A stretch of 64,000 bases of DNA, taken from the NCBI GenBank assembly GCA_964016885.1, contig OZ024740.1:349928001-349992000 (forward strand), read 5' to 3'. A program made the translations under genes and the position numbers. Under the pieces are notes generated by a model. That model was given only the letters and a program-made list of their open reading frames with translations, had not been told where the DNA came from and did not search any database. Positions 19,447-32,623 of this stretch are shown here, piece after piece; within the stretch, counting starts at the first letter, position 1; each line of letters starts with the position of its first letter. Origin of the DNA: Eledone cirrhosa (lineage: Eukaryota).

Positions 19447-19599
19447 AAGTACCAGTAATGCACTGAGTAATTGCTGGCCTTGTGCCAAACGTAGAAACAA
19501 TTATTGTATGTTTGTATGGCGGTGAATTGGCAGTATCGGTAGAGGGTTGGACGCCATGCTTTGATGCATAGAGTTACAGCCCTTGCCATTCTGAGTTCA
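19447..19599 (+). mobile_element. Two SINE fragments (3' end 19447-19505, 5' head 19517-19599)
   Basis: Match to 18431-18623. Confidence 0.8.
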
Positions 19600-19862
19600 T
19601 AAATATATAATTATGTGTACCAAAATATTATCTTGGTTATCTGTTAGTCGAGGATAGGTTATCCACAAACAAGTTTGTAACAAAAGAATTATTAAACTAA
19701 AAACTTGGTTGTACCCTTTTTATATCTAAAATAATACAATTAGTCTCATATTTGACGGCACGGGGGCAGCTAGTATAACATAATATATTATAATATAATA
19801 TAATATAATATAATATAATATAATATATATACTATAATATATAATACTATAATATGTAATAT

Positions 19863-20031
19863 AATTGTTTCTACTTTAGGCACAAGGCCAGCAATTACCC
19901 AGTGCATTACTGGTACTTTATTTTATCGACCCCGTAATGATGAAAGGCAAAGTCAACCTCGGCGGGATTTGAACTCAGATCGTAAAGGAACGTAACTATG
20001 CTGGAAAGCATGGCGTCCGACCCTCTACTGA
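19863..20031 (-). mobile_element. tRNA-derived SINE
   Basis: Reverse complement of the consensus with B-box GAGTTCAAATCCC. Confidence 0.9.
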
Positions 20032-20350
20032 TATATGATATATATACTACGTTCAGATCATTCAGATCTAGTTATCTTGGTAGACCACAAGTGAGGTAGA
20101 ACTCAATATTAATATAGTATATACGATTTCATATATTTAGCTATATATATTGGTTTCCACCTATTTATGGTGGCGCGATATTGTTGTTATAACTCAGCTT
20201 TGTTTCATTTTTATTGTTCGATACATACTCGCACATATAAAAACATCACTCACACATACACACATACATAGGCACACACATATATTAATATAAGAAAGAT
20301 TTGCACCAAGGAAAATAAAACATGGACGTGAATAGATTATGAATTTATTT

Positions 20351-20462
20351 GCTTTGACATATGTTTCCGTGTCTATTATAAATTGTCTGCATATGCTGAC
20401 TACAATATATATTGTTCAATCATATGCAATACTTAATTATTTATTACACTTCATCAGAAAGC
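20351..20462 (-). ncRNA. Type I hammerhead ribozyme, 83-nt stem II
   Basis: GCUUU-CUGAUGA-A-[GUGU/ACAC, UGCAUAUG/CAUAUGCA, ACAAUA/UAUUGU]-G-GAAAC-AUAU-GUC^AAAGC. Confidence 0.87.
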
Positions 20463-20503
20463 GTAAAGTAGTGGAATTCAACTAAACTATTCATTACCAC
20501 CCC

Positions 20504-20554
<51 letters not shown>

Positions 20555-20661
20555 CAGTGTTCCCCACCTCACCAAAAAAATGTACACACACTTCAACAGC
20601 TTTCTGATAAATATAGCTTTACAGGTAATCAAAGTGTGTATTCATTTTTTGGGAAACCCTG
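20555..20661. mobile_element. Tc1/mariner-type MITE
   Basis: Imperfect TIRs of about 30 bp (CAGTGTTCCCC..AAAAAATGTACACACACTT / rc CAGGGTTTCCCAAAAAATGAATACACACTT) flanked by TA. Confidence 0.7.
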
Positions 20662-20686
20662 TATATATATATATATATATATACAC

Positions 20687-20771
<85 letters not shown>

Positions 20772-21574
20772 TGTGTGTGTGTACAGAGTAAGAGAGAGAG
20801 AGAGAGAGAGAGAAGGATATGACTGAGAGAAATCCCAGTGTTGAATTCGACATACTAAATACGAATAATAGACGCTGTCTCACAAACTTTTTTTATACTG
20901 TTTAGTCAAGGAGGGAAGGCAGTACCAATGACCCTTTTCAGGGCTTCTGGGACTGGTGGAAGGGAGGGAAGTGCCCTGAAAACGGAAAATAGGCCCGAAT
21001 GCTTGCATCAGTGTGACTTCCACTAAATGCACTAAAAAATCATGTGGTGGTGTCAAAATTGGTGACGGATTAATTCTACTACCCAAATGAATGATGAAAC
21101 TTCGATCATCTTCAATCAAGATATCCAAGCAGCTAGTAAATAAAAGTTTCCATGGGCAGGTAGTGGCGTTCATTGAGAGCCGTAAATATATTAAAGCTAT
21201 AATGAAGAATTCAAAAATGTAAGAATGCAAAAATGCAAGAATGCAATCATTTCCCCCATTAGAATTATTGCAATGGGATTAAAACAATAAACGATATTTC
21301 ATCCTTCGGCTATTTATTTGAAATAATTTTGCAAAAAATGTTTCAATGTGTGAAGTGCATTAACTGGAAACTTTGGTGTTATTTCATTAGTATTTATTTA
21401 ATTGATGCTGCAGAAGTTGAAAGCTTTAAAGTTCACCATCAAACACACAATTATGGAGTTCGAATACATGAGTCATTCAATGAACTTATACTGTAAACTA
21501 CAAAAACGTATACGTACACACAAACAAATACACATATACACATATATACGCTTGCACATTCTTTCAATTAAGAA

Positions 21575-21628
<54 letters not shown>

Positions 21629-21644
21629 ATTTTTTTCTTTCTTC

Positions 21645-21732
<88 letters not shown>
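21575..21732 (+). repeat. (CTAT)n microsatellite, start of array B
   Basis: Direct read. Confidence 0.97.
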
Positions 21733-22094
21733 AAGTATCACTTTAGAAGGAGAATTAGAATGCAGAGAGAGGCACTGCACCCCAGTAAATTTACTGAAAT
21801 GTAGGTGAATGAAGCAAAAATGGCCCGAGTGATTGGGCCTTCTCTGTTTATAAGCCTGTAGGTTGAGGAAGAGAGCAAAAGGAAGAAAGGAGCACTTGCA
21901 CAGCACGCTCCTGGAGTTGAGGGTTGTTCTATCGACGGGGTATTAAACAACCCATTTGTGGTGCCTCCCCCTATTGGGGATTTCGATTGTTGTAATTGTT
22001 TGTTTTTATATTTTTTACACGACTGTATGTAAAATCCCCGGCATGTTTTTGTATTGTCCACTTTTCTTGTGCGCCCTTGTGGATAATAAAGAAA
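21732..22094 (+). mobile_element. Tx1 copy B1, 3'-terminal 360 bp
   Basis: Same UTR type as A2, B7 and C1, slightly diverged. Confidence 0.9.
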
Positions 22095-22109
22095 TATATC
22101 TATCTATCT

Positions 22110-25100
22110 GGGTCAACTGGTGGTCCTTCCTAGACGTTGACGGTAGTGAAGGTGGAGCCTTCAGGCTGGTGGCCGCATATGCCCCATCCGGGATACCACG
22201 GCCAGACTTCTTCAAACGTCTAGAGACTTTTCTGCGAACATCCCGCTCTTTGCTTTTAGTGGGGGACTGGAATCCTAGATGCACGTTGGGACTATGTGGG
22301 AGCATGTCCCGATAAAGGGGGGTGTAACAGCCTCAAACAGTTAATCGACCGATTTGACCTGGCCGATAGATATCGACTAGATTTTCCGAGTGTGCCACTG
22401 TGGACGTGGACTAATCGTAACGGAATATCTAGATCGTACCTAGATAGGTTTCTAGTTAGAAATAAGGATAGGGATATGTTAAGCTGTCCACAAATGTTCA
22501 TGGTTGCTTATTCAGATCACAAACTAGTGACCTGCATGGTCAACCTTGATAGAACCCATTGACAAGGACCCGGCTACTGGAAGCTGAACTTGTTGTTACC
22601 GACATGCAAATCCTACAGTAGACGGATTAACACTTTAGTTAACAGCACTTGACAGGGGCCATTGTCAACAACAGATGATTGTACTCTCTCAAGAGGGCAG
22701 TTAGATTAGACTAGTTAGTTTTAGTAAAGAATTAGCGTTAAATAGAAATAGAACCGAGAAGGAACTGATAGATAAAGTAGAAGAGGCAATTAGAAGTGGC
22801 AACGTAGCCAGCGTGCTAGCAACGAAAACGGCCTTGGACCAGTACTTCGACGCAAAGTACGAGGGCTGCGTTGTAAGAAGCAAAATACGTGCTCTGTGTA
22901 ACGAGGGAGCCAAAGCTGTTAGCTGGGCCCGGATGACGGAGGCGAAAAGTGGCAACAAGTCCACGATTCGGTCTTTGAAGGACCAAGACGGACGCGTGAT
23001 ACGTGAGCCGAAGCAGATATGCGCGGCCTTTCAGCAGCACTTTGCTCGGCTGTTCGGGCAGGGCGGCGCACTGGGAGGGGCTATGGATTTCGGTCCATAC
23101 CTCGACGGCCTACAGCGACTATCGGACAGAGGGGCGAAGTTCTGCGAAAGGCGGATTTCGGCCGCTGAGATAGGGGACGCGCTGAACCAATGCGGCAAAC
23201 GCAAATCTCCAGGTCTCGACGGTCTACCCTACGAATTTTACGTAGCAATGCCGGACTTGTTCTCCGGTCTCCTGGAAGCGTTCTACTACAACTGGCAGCA
23301 GAACGGGAGAATTCGCAGTTCTGTGACCAGGGGCGTAGTCACACTAGTCAGGAAGGACGTGAATAAGGGGGATGACATAGGCAACTTCCGGCCCATAACT
23401 CTGCTAAACACAGTTACAGATTTTGGCCAAGGTGTTGGCAAAGAGGCTGTCGTCAAAAACCTGGTGGGAGAAGCGCAGACATGCGCAATCCTGACCAGGT
23501 CCATACACGACAACCTCCACCTCATGCGATACATCATAGAGAGGGTAGGTGTAAACCCGGCTTCGGTGGGGCCCTGATCAACTTGGATCAGTCTAAGGCT
23601 TTCGATAGGGTTGACCATCGTTACCTGGATGCGGTGCTCGAGGCGGGAGGATTCGGACCCGTGTTCAAGGGCTGGATTGCTGCAATGCACAACAGCAACA
23701 TCTGCTCAAGGGTCAAGGTGAACGGCTAACTCTCTGAGTCGTTCCATATCACGCGATCCATTCAACAGGGATGCCCTCTCTCCTCCCTTCTGTACGTACT
23801 GACTCTCGAGCCACTACTGCGGAAGTTGGAGCTATTGCAGGGCATCCCTCTAGAACGGGGACTGCGGAAAGCAGCGTCGGCCTACACCGACGACGTACCA
23901 GTAATGGTGCCGAGCACCTCGAAAATCGAGGAAGTTGGCACCTTACTGAAGGAATACGAAAGGTTCACAGGAGCCAAGCTGAACCGGGACAAGTCCATCG
24001 CTTTGCAACTCGGATCGTGGAGAGGCAAACCGATGCCTTCCGATGGCGTCGTCGGACGTTGGACGGAAGGACCGGTAAAGCTGCTCGGGTTCTGGTTTGG
24101 TCCGAACCTCCAGGTGGAGAAGAACTGGAACGAGGTAACGGCCAAGGTGTTTGCACTCACCCACAAGTGGGCCGAGTGCAAACTATCCTTGAAAGGTCGA
24201 GCGGAGGTGGGGAACACTTTTATAGCGTTCGTCATCTACTACCGCTTGACCGTCGTGCCTTGTCTAGCCAAAACGCTCACCAAAATGGAGCGCGCGCTCT
24301 TCCAATTCCTTTGGAAGAAGCGGGCTCCTTTGGTGAGAAGATCCATCTGCTTTCAAACACCCTCCAAACGGAGGGCTGGGGATGCCGTGGCTGACGATGA
24401 GCAAACACGCGCTCAGGCTCCGGCACTTCCGCGTATTCCTCACCGGACAACCGGTGTGGGCCCCGTTCGTGAGGCGAGCCTTCCCACGACTCGTCTCGCT
24501 GACTGAGCTGCAGTCCTGGGTCAAGCAAAGACCGAGGAAAATGGGAGACTGGCACATCGAATGTGCTCAGGCGCTCACAACCCTCGGGCAGGCGGACCCG
24601 GCTATCAGTGGAGACTCCACTTCGTCATTCTATAGAGGGTTGCTCCGCAGCAAGTGGGACGACGCGCTCGGAGAAACTCTGGACGTAGAGGAAGACGAAC
24701 TGGCCAGTCTGTTCGGTAGAACCTTCCGCCCGGGACCGATGGACAACTTCCAAAAGTCCCTGGCCTGGCAGTGCTACCGAGGAGCTCTATCAGTTCGAGA
24801 CAAACTCTACAGACAGGGACGCCCGGGCAGGGACCCTTCGAAAAAGATCTGTCTGAGATGCGTGCGCGACTAGGAAACCGTCGCGCACGCATTTGTACAC
24901 TGTCGAGGCGTTACCGACCTGTGGGGCTATGTAGAACGACTATTGTCGCGGGTGGGACCAATCCAGTTGACCACCGAGTTCATTGTCATAATCAAACCGC
25001 CACCCTCGTTCAAAAACAGAGAGGAGGTTTTCCTTTGTGTGATAGACGAGATGGTTGTATGGTGGACGAGATTGAAAGGGCTGAGGCCAGACACCTTTCT

Positions 25101-25485
25101 TTCCGGCCAACAACTGATTCTTTTTTTCAAATACCACTTTGGAAGAAGAATCAGGATGGAGAGAGAGGTGCTGTACCCCAGCAAATTTTATAAAAGGTGT
25201 GTGAATGTGGCAAAGATGGCCCGAGTCGTTGGGCCTTCTCTCTATATAAGCCTGTAGGTTGAGGAAAAAGTGAAAGAGAGGAGGGGAGTACTCACTTTTG
25301 GTGCTCCTGGAGATGAGGGTTGTACATTTTTTCGGGGTGTGTACAACCCCTGTGTAACGCCTCCCTTCTATTGGGGATTTCAATTGTTATTTGTTATTTT
25401 ATTAATAGTTTTATTTTCATATACCTGTATGTAAACTCCCACATTTGTATGTGTCCCCTTCTTTTGTGCCCTTGTGGCTAATAAA
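22110..25485 (+). mobile_element. Tx1 copy B2, 5'-truncated in APE, decayed
   Basis: Fragmented ORF2 with many stops and frameshifts, YTDD in place of YADD, stop at 25257. Confidence 0.92.
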
Positions 25486-25490
25486 TTTTT

Positions 25491-25555
<65 letters not shown>

Positions 25556-26655
25556 AGACGCGGCATCTCTACGTATTCCTCACCGGACAACCGGTGTGGG
25601 CCCCGTTCGTGAGGCGAGCCTTCCCACGACTCGTCTCGCTGACCAAGCTGCAGTCCTGGGTCAAGCAAAGACCGAGGAAAATGGGCGACTGGCACATCGA
25701 ATGTGCTCAGGCGCTCACAGCCCTCTGGCAGGCGGACCCGGCGATCAGTGGAGACTCCACTTCGTCATTCTATAGAGGGTTAGTCCGCAGCAAGTGCGAC
25801 GACGCGCTCGGAGAAACTCTAGGCGTAGAGGAAGATGAACTGGCCAGTCTGTTCGGTAGGAACTTCCGCCCGGGACCGATGGACAACTTCCAAAAGTCCC
25901 TGGCCTGGCAGTGCTACCGAGGAGCTCTACCAGTTCGAGACAAGCTCTACAGACATGGGCGCCCGGGCAGGGACCCTGCAAAAAAGATCTGTCCGAGGTG
26001 CGTGCGAGACGAAGAAGCCGTCGCGCACGCATTCATTCACTGCCCGGGCGTCACTGACCTGTGGGGCTATGTAGAACGAGTATTGTCGCGGGTGGGACCA
26101 GTCGAGTTGACCACCGAGTCCATTGTCATGATCAAACCGCCACCCTCCTTCAAAAACGAAGGAGAGGCGGTTTTCCTTTGTGTGATAGCTATTGCGAAAG
26201 AGGTTGTATGGTGGACAAGGTTGAAAGGGCTGAGGTCAGACACCTTTCTCTCCGGCCAACAACTGATTCTTTTTTCAAATACCACTTTGGAAGAAGAATC
26301 AGGATGGAGAGAGAGGTGCTGTACCCCAGCAAGTTTTATGAAAGGTGGGTGAAAGTGGCGAGAATGGCCCGAGTGAATGGGCCTTCTCTCTATATCAGCC
26401 TGTAGGTTGAGGAAAAGGAGGAGGAGGGGAAAGGAGTACAAACTCTTCGTACTCCTGGAGATGAGGGTTGCACATTTTTTTTCGGGGGTATGTGTTACCC
26501 ATATAAACTGTCTCCCTCTATTGGGGAAAATCGACTAACTTTTTAAATTCCATCTGTGATAACATTTTACACGTTTTTATTGTATGTAAACTTCCCCCTT
26601 TGTATTTGTCCCCTTCTTTTGTGCCCCTGTGGCTAATAAAGAAATATAAAAAAAA
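25556..26655 (+). mobile_element. Tx1 copy B3, 3'-terminal 1.1 kb
   Basis: Near-identical to the 3' end of B4; preceded by (CTAT)n at 25492-25555. Confidence 0.92.
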
Positions 26656-26657
26656 TA

Positions 26658-26693
<36 letters not shown>

Positions 26694-26909
26694 GGACGTG
26701 TGTAACTTCGCGGAGAAGTTTCCGTTAATTTATGTAAGAAAAAAACGTGAGTTTTTAGTTAAATTTTATATCATTGTGTAACTTGACTCCCCATCTGAAC
26801 CTTCAGATGGTGGGTTAATTCACTTTCGCCCCTCAAGGGCGGAATATCCATTTGAAAATTTTTTCTCCATCGAAACTTGGAAAAAATATTGTAAAAGTTT
26901 GATTACGTT

Positions 26910-28788
26910 ATGAACGCTGCGTCCAACGATAATGGTGGTGGAGAGGCGGTATGACTACAAAGCTCGCAGTCAACAACGTCTTCTTCACTAGATACTATAG
27001 AGATGGAAAGACAAAATGAAAATGTAAAAACGAATTCATATTCAAACAACACAAATGACACCAAACAATTCAATGACAACAAAAATAACAGCAACACCAA
27101 TAATGATGATAAAAGCAACAATGATAACAACAACAAATAAAAAAATAAAGACAACACCAATAACACCAGCATCAAAGACAACAACAACACCAAGGAAAAT
27201 ACGGATAATACAAACATCGGTGACAACAAGAATAACAACAAGAATAACAACAATAATGACAACACCACCAATACGGATTCCACAAAGAAACCAAAAATCT
27301 CCTTTGCAGAGAAAGTTAAAAAAAAGGAAGAATTGATATATCTCGACATAACAAATGCTGAACAACTTTTAAAGGACGCTAGGAGATATGTCAGTTTCGA
27401 AAAAAATGGTGCTTTCAGCATCAATTCTCCGGTAGAAATTCGCAAGGAAACTGCTCTCAAAACGATAGTTTTTAGGACAGTTTCCAATTCTACCCGAAAA
27501 CCAGTCCAATTGTCACAGAAAGAAATTGAACTGGTTTTCAAAAATTCAATGAATGATATTGCATTCATTCAAAGAAGCAAACTTTTTGGGAGTATTTCTG
27601 TACTCATGAAGGATCAATTGACGGCCCAAAATTACTCTGTGTCGCCAATTGTATCCAACCTGTACACCTTTTCCCTACATACATGGGAAAAAGGACACAA
27701 AAGATCAGAATCACAAGTGTCACACCAAAGGTAAACATATGGTGGATACTGTGCGGCTTCATCAATTTTGATGAAGACAGAATACTGTCAGTAGGCAAGT
27801 CCCCCAGAGATGTATTCAATGGGACTAGCATTGAAGTTCTGGTGCAAATGAGCCCAGAGCGAATAGCTATGATCCCACAGCGTGTACTCCTGGACGGACT
27901 CACCTACATAAACTTTTCGGTTGAGGGTAGGCGGCCTTCATGTTACCATTGCTTCAGCAGGGGTCACCTGAGGGCTTCCTGTCCTAAATTAATGAACCAA
28001 AAAAAGGCTCTTCTGCCGACACCCATCAAAACAACACAACCACCAACACCACCACCACAACAACAACACCAACACACAAAAATAACCACAACAAACACAG
28101 TCCCACCCAACCCCACTCCACCTAAAACCACTGCAAAATCACATACAGACACAACAGCTCCCCAAGACATACCCCTCCCCAATCACACAGACGATACAAC
28201 AGATGAGGCTATCTCGCCATCACCCAGTGAAGACGAGGGAGAACCCCATCGCTCGAAAAGAAAGAAAAGACATCACAAAAGCAAAAAACCAGCAAACACT
28301 ACCACAAACATACAACCACCAACACAAACAACAAAAACATCACAAACAAAACCCCCACCTCCTGAAAACAAAATACCTACAACAAAACGAAAGCACACAC
28401 AAGAACTACAGACAAAAACAAACACAACACAAGAAAATTACACTTACACTTACATAAACACTGAAAACAAAACACTAATGGAGGCCATCACGACCACTCT
28501 ATTAAAAATAGCAAAAAACTGAACCTAAAACTGATTAGGGTCCCTATACAAACTTAAAGGTCCCTAAAAGAAACATTTGAGAAGGATGTGGGGAATTCCT
28601 GCGTGAAACCACTCAACCGCGTCCTTCTCAAATGTCTCCCCACCCCAGACACCCCCATCCCATCAGACCCCACCCCATCAAACATCTGCGTCCCCACCCC
28701 ACCGGAAACCACCACCCATCCAGACAACCCCTCCAACACCCCCATGGAAATCGTGCGGCCTGGTCCCCAGGAGGCGAAGGGTGAGTGA
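26910..28788 (+). pseudogene. Tx1 ORF1 (gag-like), disrupted
   Basis: Asn-rich N-terminus, CYHCFSRGHLRASC knuckle, Pro/Thr-rich linker, acidic then basic patch SPSPSEDEGEPHRSKRKKRHHK; several stops and frameshifts. Confidence 0.8.
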
Positions 28789-28821
28789 TCTCTTTTCCTC
28801 TTTTAACTTTTCAGCACCAAC

Positions 28822-31800
28822 ATGGCCAATATAAGAGTTGGATGTGTGAACGTACGTGGCCTGGGGATGCCCTGGAAACAGCGCAAACTCTTAAACGACC
28901 TCAGGTCGCACAGTATGGATGTGGTAGCCATTTGCGAGTCCAGGATCCACGGCGAGCGACAGCCGGCCCCCATCTTCGATGACTTTGAGATCTACGCATC
29001 TCTCTGTCAACCGGAGGGTGGGGGCGGAGTTTCCGTTTTGCTGCGGAAACACCTGGGCTCGCAACACAGACGGTACATCTGGACCCGGAGGGTCGACTGG
29101 TGGTCCTAGACGTTGACGGTAGTGAAGGTGGAGCCTTCAGGCTGGTGGCCGCATATGCCCCATCCGGGACACTGCGACCAGACTTCTTCAAACGTCTAGC
29201 GACTTTTCTGGGAACGTCCCGCTCCTTGCTTTTAGTGGGGGACTGGAATGGAATCCTAGATGCACGTTGGGACTATGTGGGAGCATGTCCCGATAAAGGG
29301 GGGAGTAATAGCCTCAAACAGTTAATCGACCGATTTGACCTGGCCGATAGATATCGACTAGATTTTCCGACTGTGCCACTGTGGACGTGGAGTAATCGTA
29401 GCGGAACATCTAGATCGTACCTAGATAGGGTTCTAGTTAGAAATAAGGATAGGGAGATGTTAAGCTGTCCACAAATGTTCATGGTTGCCTATTCAGATCA
29501 CAAACTAGTGACCTGCATGGCCAACCTTGATAGAACCCATAGACAAGGACCCGGCTACTGGAAGCTGAACTTGTCGTTACCGACAAGCAAAGCCTACAGT
29601 AGACGGATTAGTACTTTAGTTAAACAGCACTTGACAGGGGCCATTGTCAACAACAGATGGTGGTACTCTCTCAAGAGGGCAGTTAGATTAGACTCGATAG
29701 TTTTTAGTAAAGAATTAACGTTAGATAGAAATAGAACCGAGAAGGAACTGGTAGATAAAGTAGAAGAGGCAATTAGAAGTGGCAACGTAGCCAGCGTGCT
29801 AGCAACGAGAACGGCCTTGGACCAGTTCTTCGACGCAAAGCACGAGGGCTGCGTTGTCAGAAGCAAAATACGTGCTCTGGGAAACGAGGGAGCCAAAGCT
29901 GTTAGCTGGGCCCGAGTGACGGAGGCGAAAAGTGGCAACAAGTCCACGATTCGGTCTTTGAAGGAACAAAAGGGACGCGTGATACGTGAGCCTAAGCAGA
30001 TGTGTGCGGCCTTTCAGCGGTACTTTGCTCAGCTGTTCGGGGGGGGGGGGGGCGGGAGAGGCTATGGATTTGGGTCCATACCTCGACGGCCTACCGCGAC
30101 TCTCGGACAGCGAGGCAAAGTTCTGCGAAAAGCCGATTTCAGCCACTGAGATAGGGGACGCGCTGAGCCAATGCGGCAAACGCAAATCTCCAGGTCTCGA
30201 CGGTCTACCCTACGAATTTTACGTAGCAATGCCGGACTTATTCTCCGGTCTCCTGGAAGCGGTCTACTGCAACTGGCAACAGAACGGGAGAATTCCCAAT
30301 TCTGTAACCGGGGGCGTGGTCACACTAATCAGGAAGGACGAGAATAAGGGGGATGACATAGGCAACTTCCGGCCCATAACTCTGCTAAACACAGAGTTAC
30401 AGATTTTGGCCAAGGTGTTGGCAAAGAGGCTGGCGCTTGTCGTCGAGAACCTGGTGGGAGAAGCGCAGACATGCGCGATCCCGACCAGGTCCATACACGA
30501 CAACCTCCACCTCATGCGATACATCATAGAGAGGGTAGGGTGTAAACCCGGCTTCGGTGGGGCCCTGATCAACTTGGATCAGTCTAAGGCTTTCGATAGG
30601 GTTGACCATCGTTACCTGGATGCGGTGCTCGAGGCGGCAGGCTTCGGACCCGTGTTCAGGGGCTGGATTGCTGCAATGCACAACAGCAACATCTGCTCAA
30701 GGGTCAAGGTGAACGGTTACCTCTCGGAGCCGTTCCATATTACGCGATCCATTCGACAGGGATGCCCTCTCTCCTCCCTTCTGTACGTACTGACTCTCGA
30801 GCCACTACTGCGGAAGCTGGAGCTATTGCAGGGCATCCCTCTGGAACCGGGACTGCGGAAAGCGGCGTCGGCCTACGCCGACGACGTGACAGTAATGGTG
30901 TCGAGCGCCTCGCAAATCGAGGAAGTCGGCACCTTACTAAAGGAATACGAAAGTCTCACAGGAGCGAAGCTGAACCGGGACAAGTCCATCGGTTTGCAAC
31001 TCGGATCGTGGAGAGGCAGACCGATGCCTTCCGATGGCGTCGTCGGACGCTGGACGGAAGGACCGGTAAAGCTGCTCGGGGTCTGGTTTGGTCCGGACCT
31101 CCAGGTGGAGAAGAACTGGAACGAAGTGACGGCCAAGGTGTTTGCACTCACCCAGAAGTGGGCCGAGTGCAAACTATCCTTGAAAGGTCGAGCGGAGGTG
31201 GCGAACAGTTTTATAGCGTCCGCCATCTACTACCGCTTGACCGTCGTGCCTTGTCCAGCCAAAACGCTCGCCAAAATGGAGCGCGCCCTCTTCCGATTCC
31301 TTTGGAAGAGGCGGGCTCCTTTGGTAAGAAGATCCATCTGCTGCCAACACCCTTCTAACGGAGGGCTGGGGATGCCGTGGTTGACGATGCGCAAACACGC
31401 GCTCAGGCTGCGGCATCTCTACGTATTCCTCACCGGACAACCGGTGTGGGCCCCGTTCGTGAGGCGAGCCTTCCCACGACTCGTCTCGCTGACCGAGCTG
31501 CAGTCCTGGGTCAAGCAGAGACCGAGGAAAATGGGCGACTGGCACATCGAATGTGCTCAGGCGCTCACAGCCCTCTGGCAGGCGGACCCGGCGATCAGTG
31601 GAGACTCCACTTCGTCATTCTATAGAGGGTTGGTCCGCAGCAAGTGCGACGACGCGCTCGGTGAAACTCTAGGCGTGGAGGAAGATGAACTGGCCAGTCT
31701 GTTCGGTAGGACCTTCCGCCCGGGACCGATGGACAACTTCCAAAAGTCCCTGGCCTGGCAGTGCTACCGAGGAGCTCTACCAGTTCGAGACAAGCTCTAC

Positions 31801-32256
31801 AGACATGGGCGCCCGGGCAGGGACCCTGCAAAAAAGATCTGTCCGAGGTGCGTGCGAGACGAAGAAACCGTCGCGCACGCATTCATACACTGCCCGGGCG
31901 TCACTGACCTGTGGGGCTATGTGGAACGACTATTGTCGCGGGTGGGACCAATCCAGTTGACCACCGAGTCCATTGTCATGATCAAACCGCCACCCTCCTT
32001 CAAAAACGAAGGAGAGGCGGTTTTCCTTTGTGTGATAGCTATGGCGAAAGAGGTTGTATGGTGGACAAGGTTGAAAGGGCTGAGGTCAGACACCTTTCTC
32101 TCCGGCCAACAACTGATTCTTTTTTTCAAATACCACTTTGGAAGAAGAATCAGGATGGAGAGAGAGGTGCTGTACCCCAGCAAGTTTTATGAAAGGTGGG
32201 TGAAAGTGGCGAGAATGGCCCGAGTGAATGGGCCTTCTCTCTATATCAGCCTGTAG
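28822..32256 (+). pseudogene. Tx1 ORF2 (APE-RT-CCHC), two frameshifts
   Basis: ORFs 28822..29109, 29100..30149 and 29986..32256 join into one ORF2. Confidence 0.9.
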
Positions 32257-32495
32257 GTTGAGGAAAAGGAGGAGGAGAGGAAGGGAGTACAAGCTCTTCG
32301 TACTCCTGGAGATGAGGGTTGCACATTTTTTTCGGGGGTCTGTGTTACCCATATAAACTGTCTCCCTCTATTGGGGAAAATCGACTAACTTTTAAATTCC
32401 ATCTGTGATAACATTTTACACGTTTTTATTGTATGTAAACTTCCCCCTTTGTATTTGTCCCCTTCTTTTGTGCCCCTGTGGCTAATAAAGAAATA

Positions 32496-32534
32496 TATCT
32501 ATCTATCTATCTTTCTTCCTTTCTATCTATTTAC

Positions 32535-32623
<89 letters not shown>
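32496..32623 (+). repeat. (CTAT)n microsatellite
   Basis: Direct read. Confidence 0.97.

Larger units (their letters stand above)
26694..32493 (+). mobile_element. Tx1 copy B4, apparently full length (5.8 kb)
   Basis: 5' UTR starting GGACGTGTGTAACTTCGC; broken ORF1 26910-28788; ORF2 28822-32256 with frameshifts near 29058 and in the G-run near 30045. Confidence 0.93.

Noticed and set aside
28781-28814. 34-nt GT...AG mini-intron joining ORF1 and ORF2 in B4
   Set aside because: Too short for a typical metazoan intron, and the AG is absent in the other families
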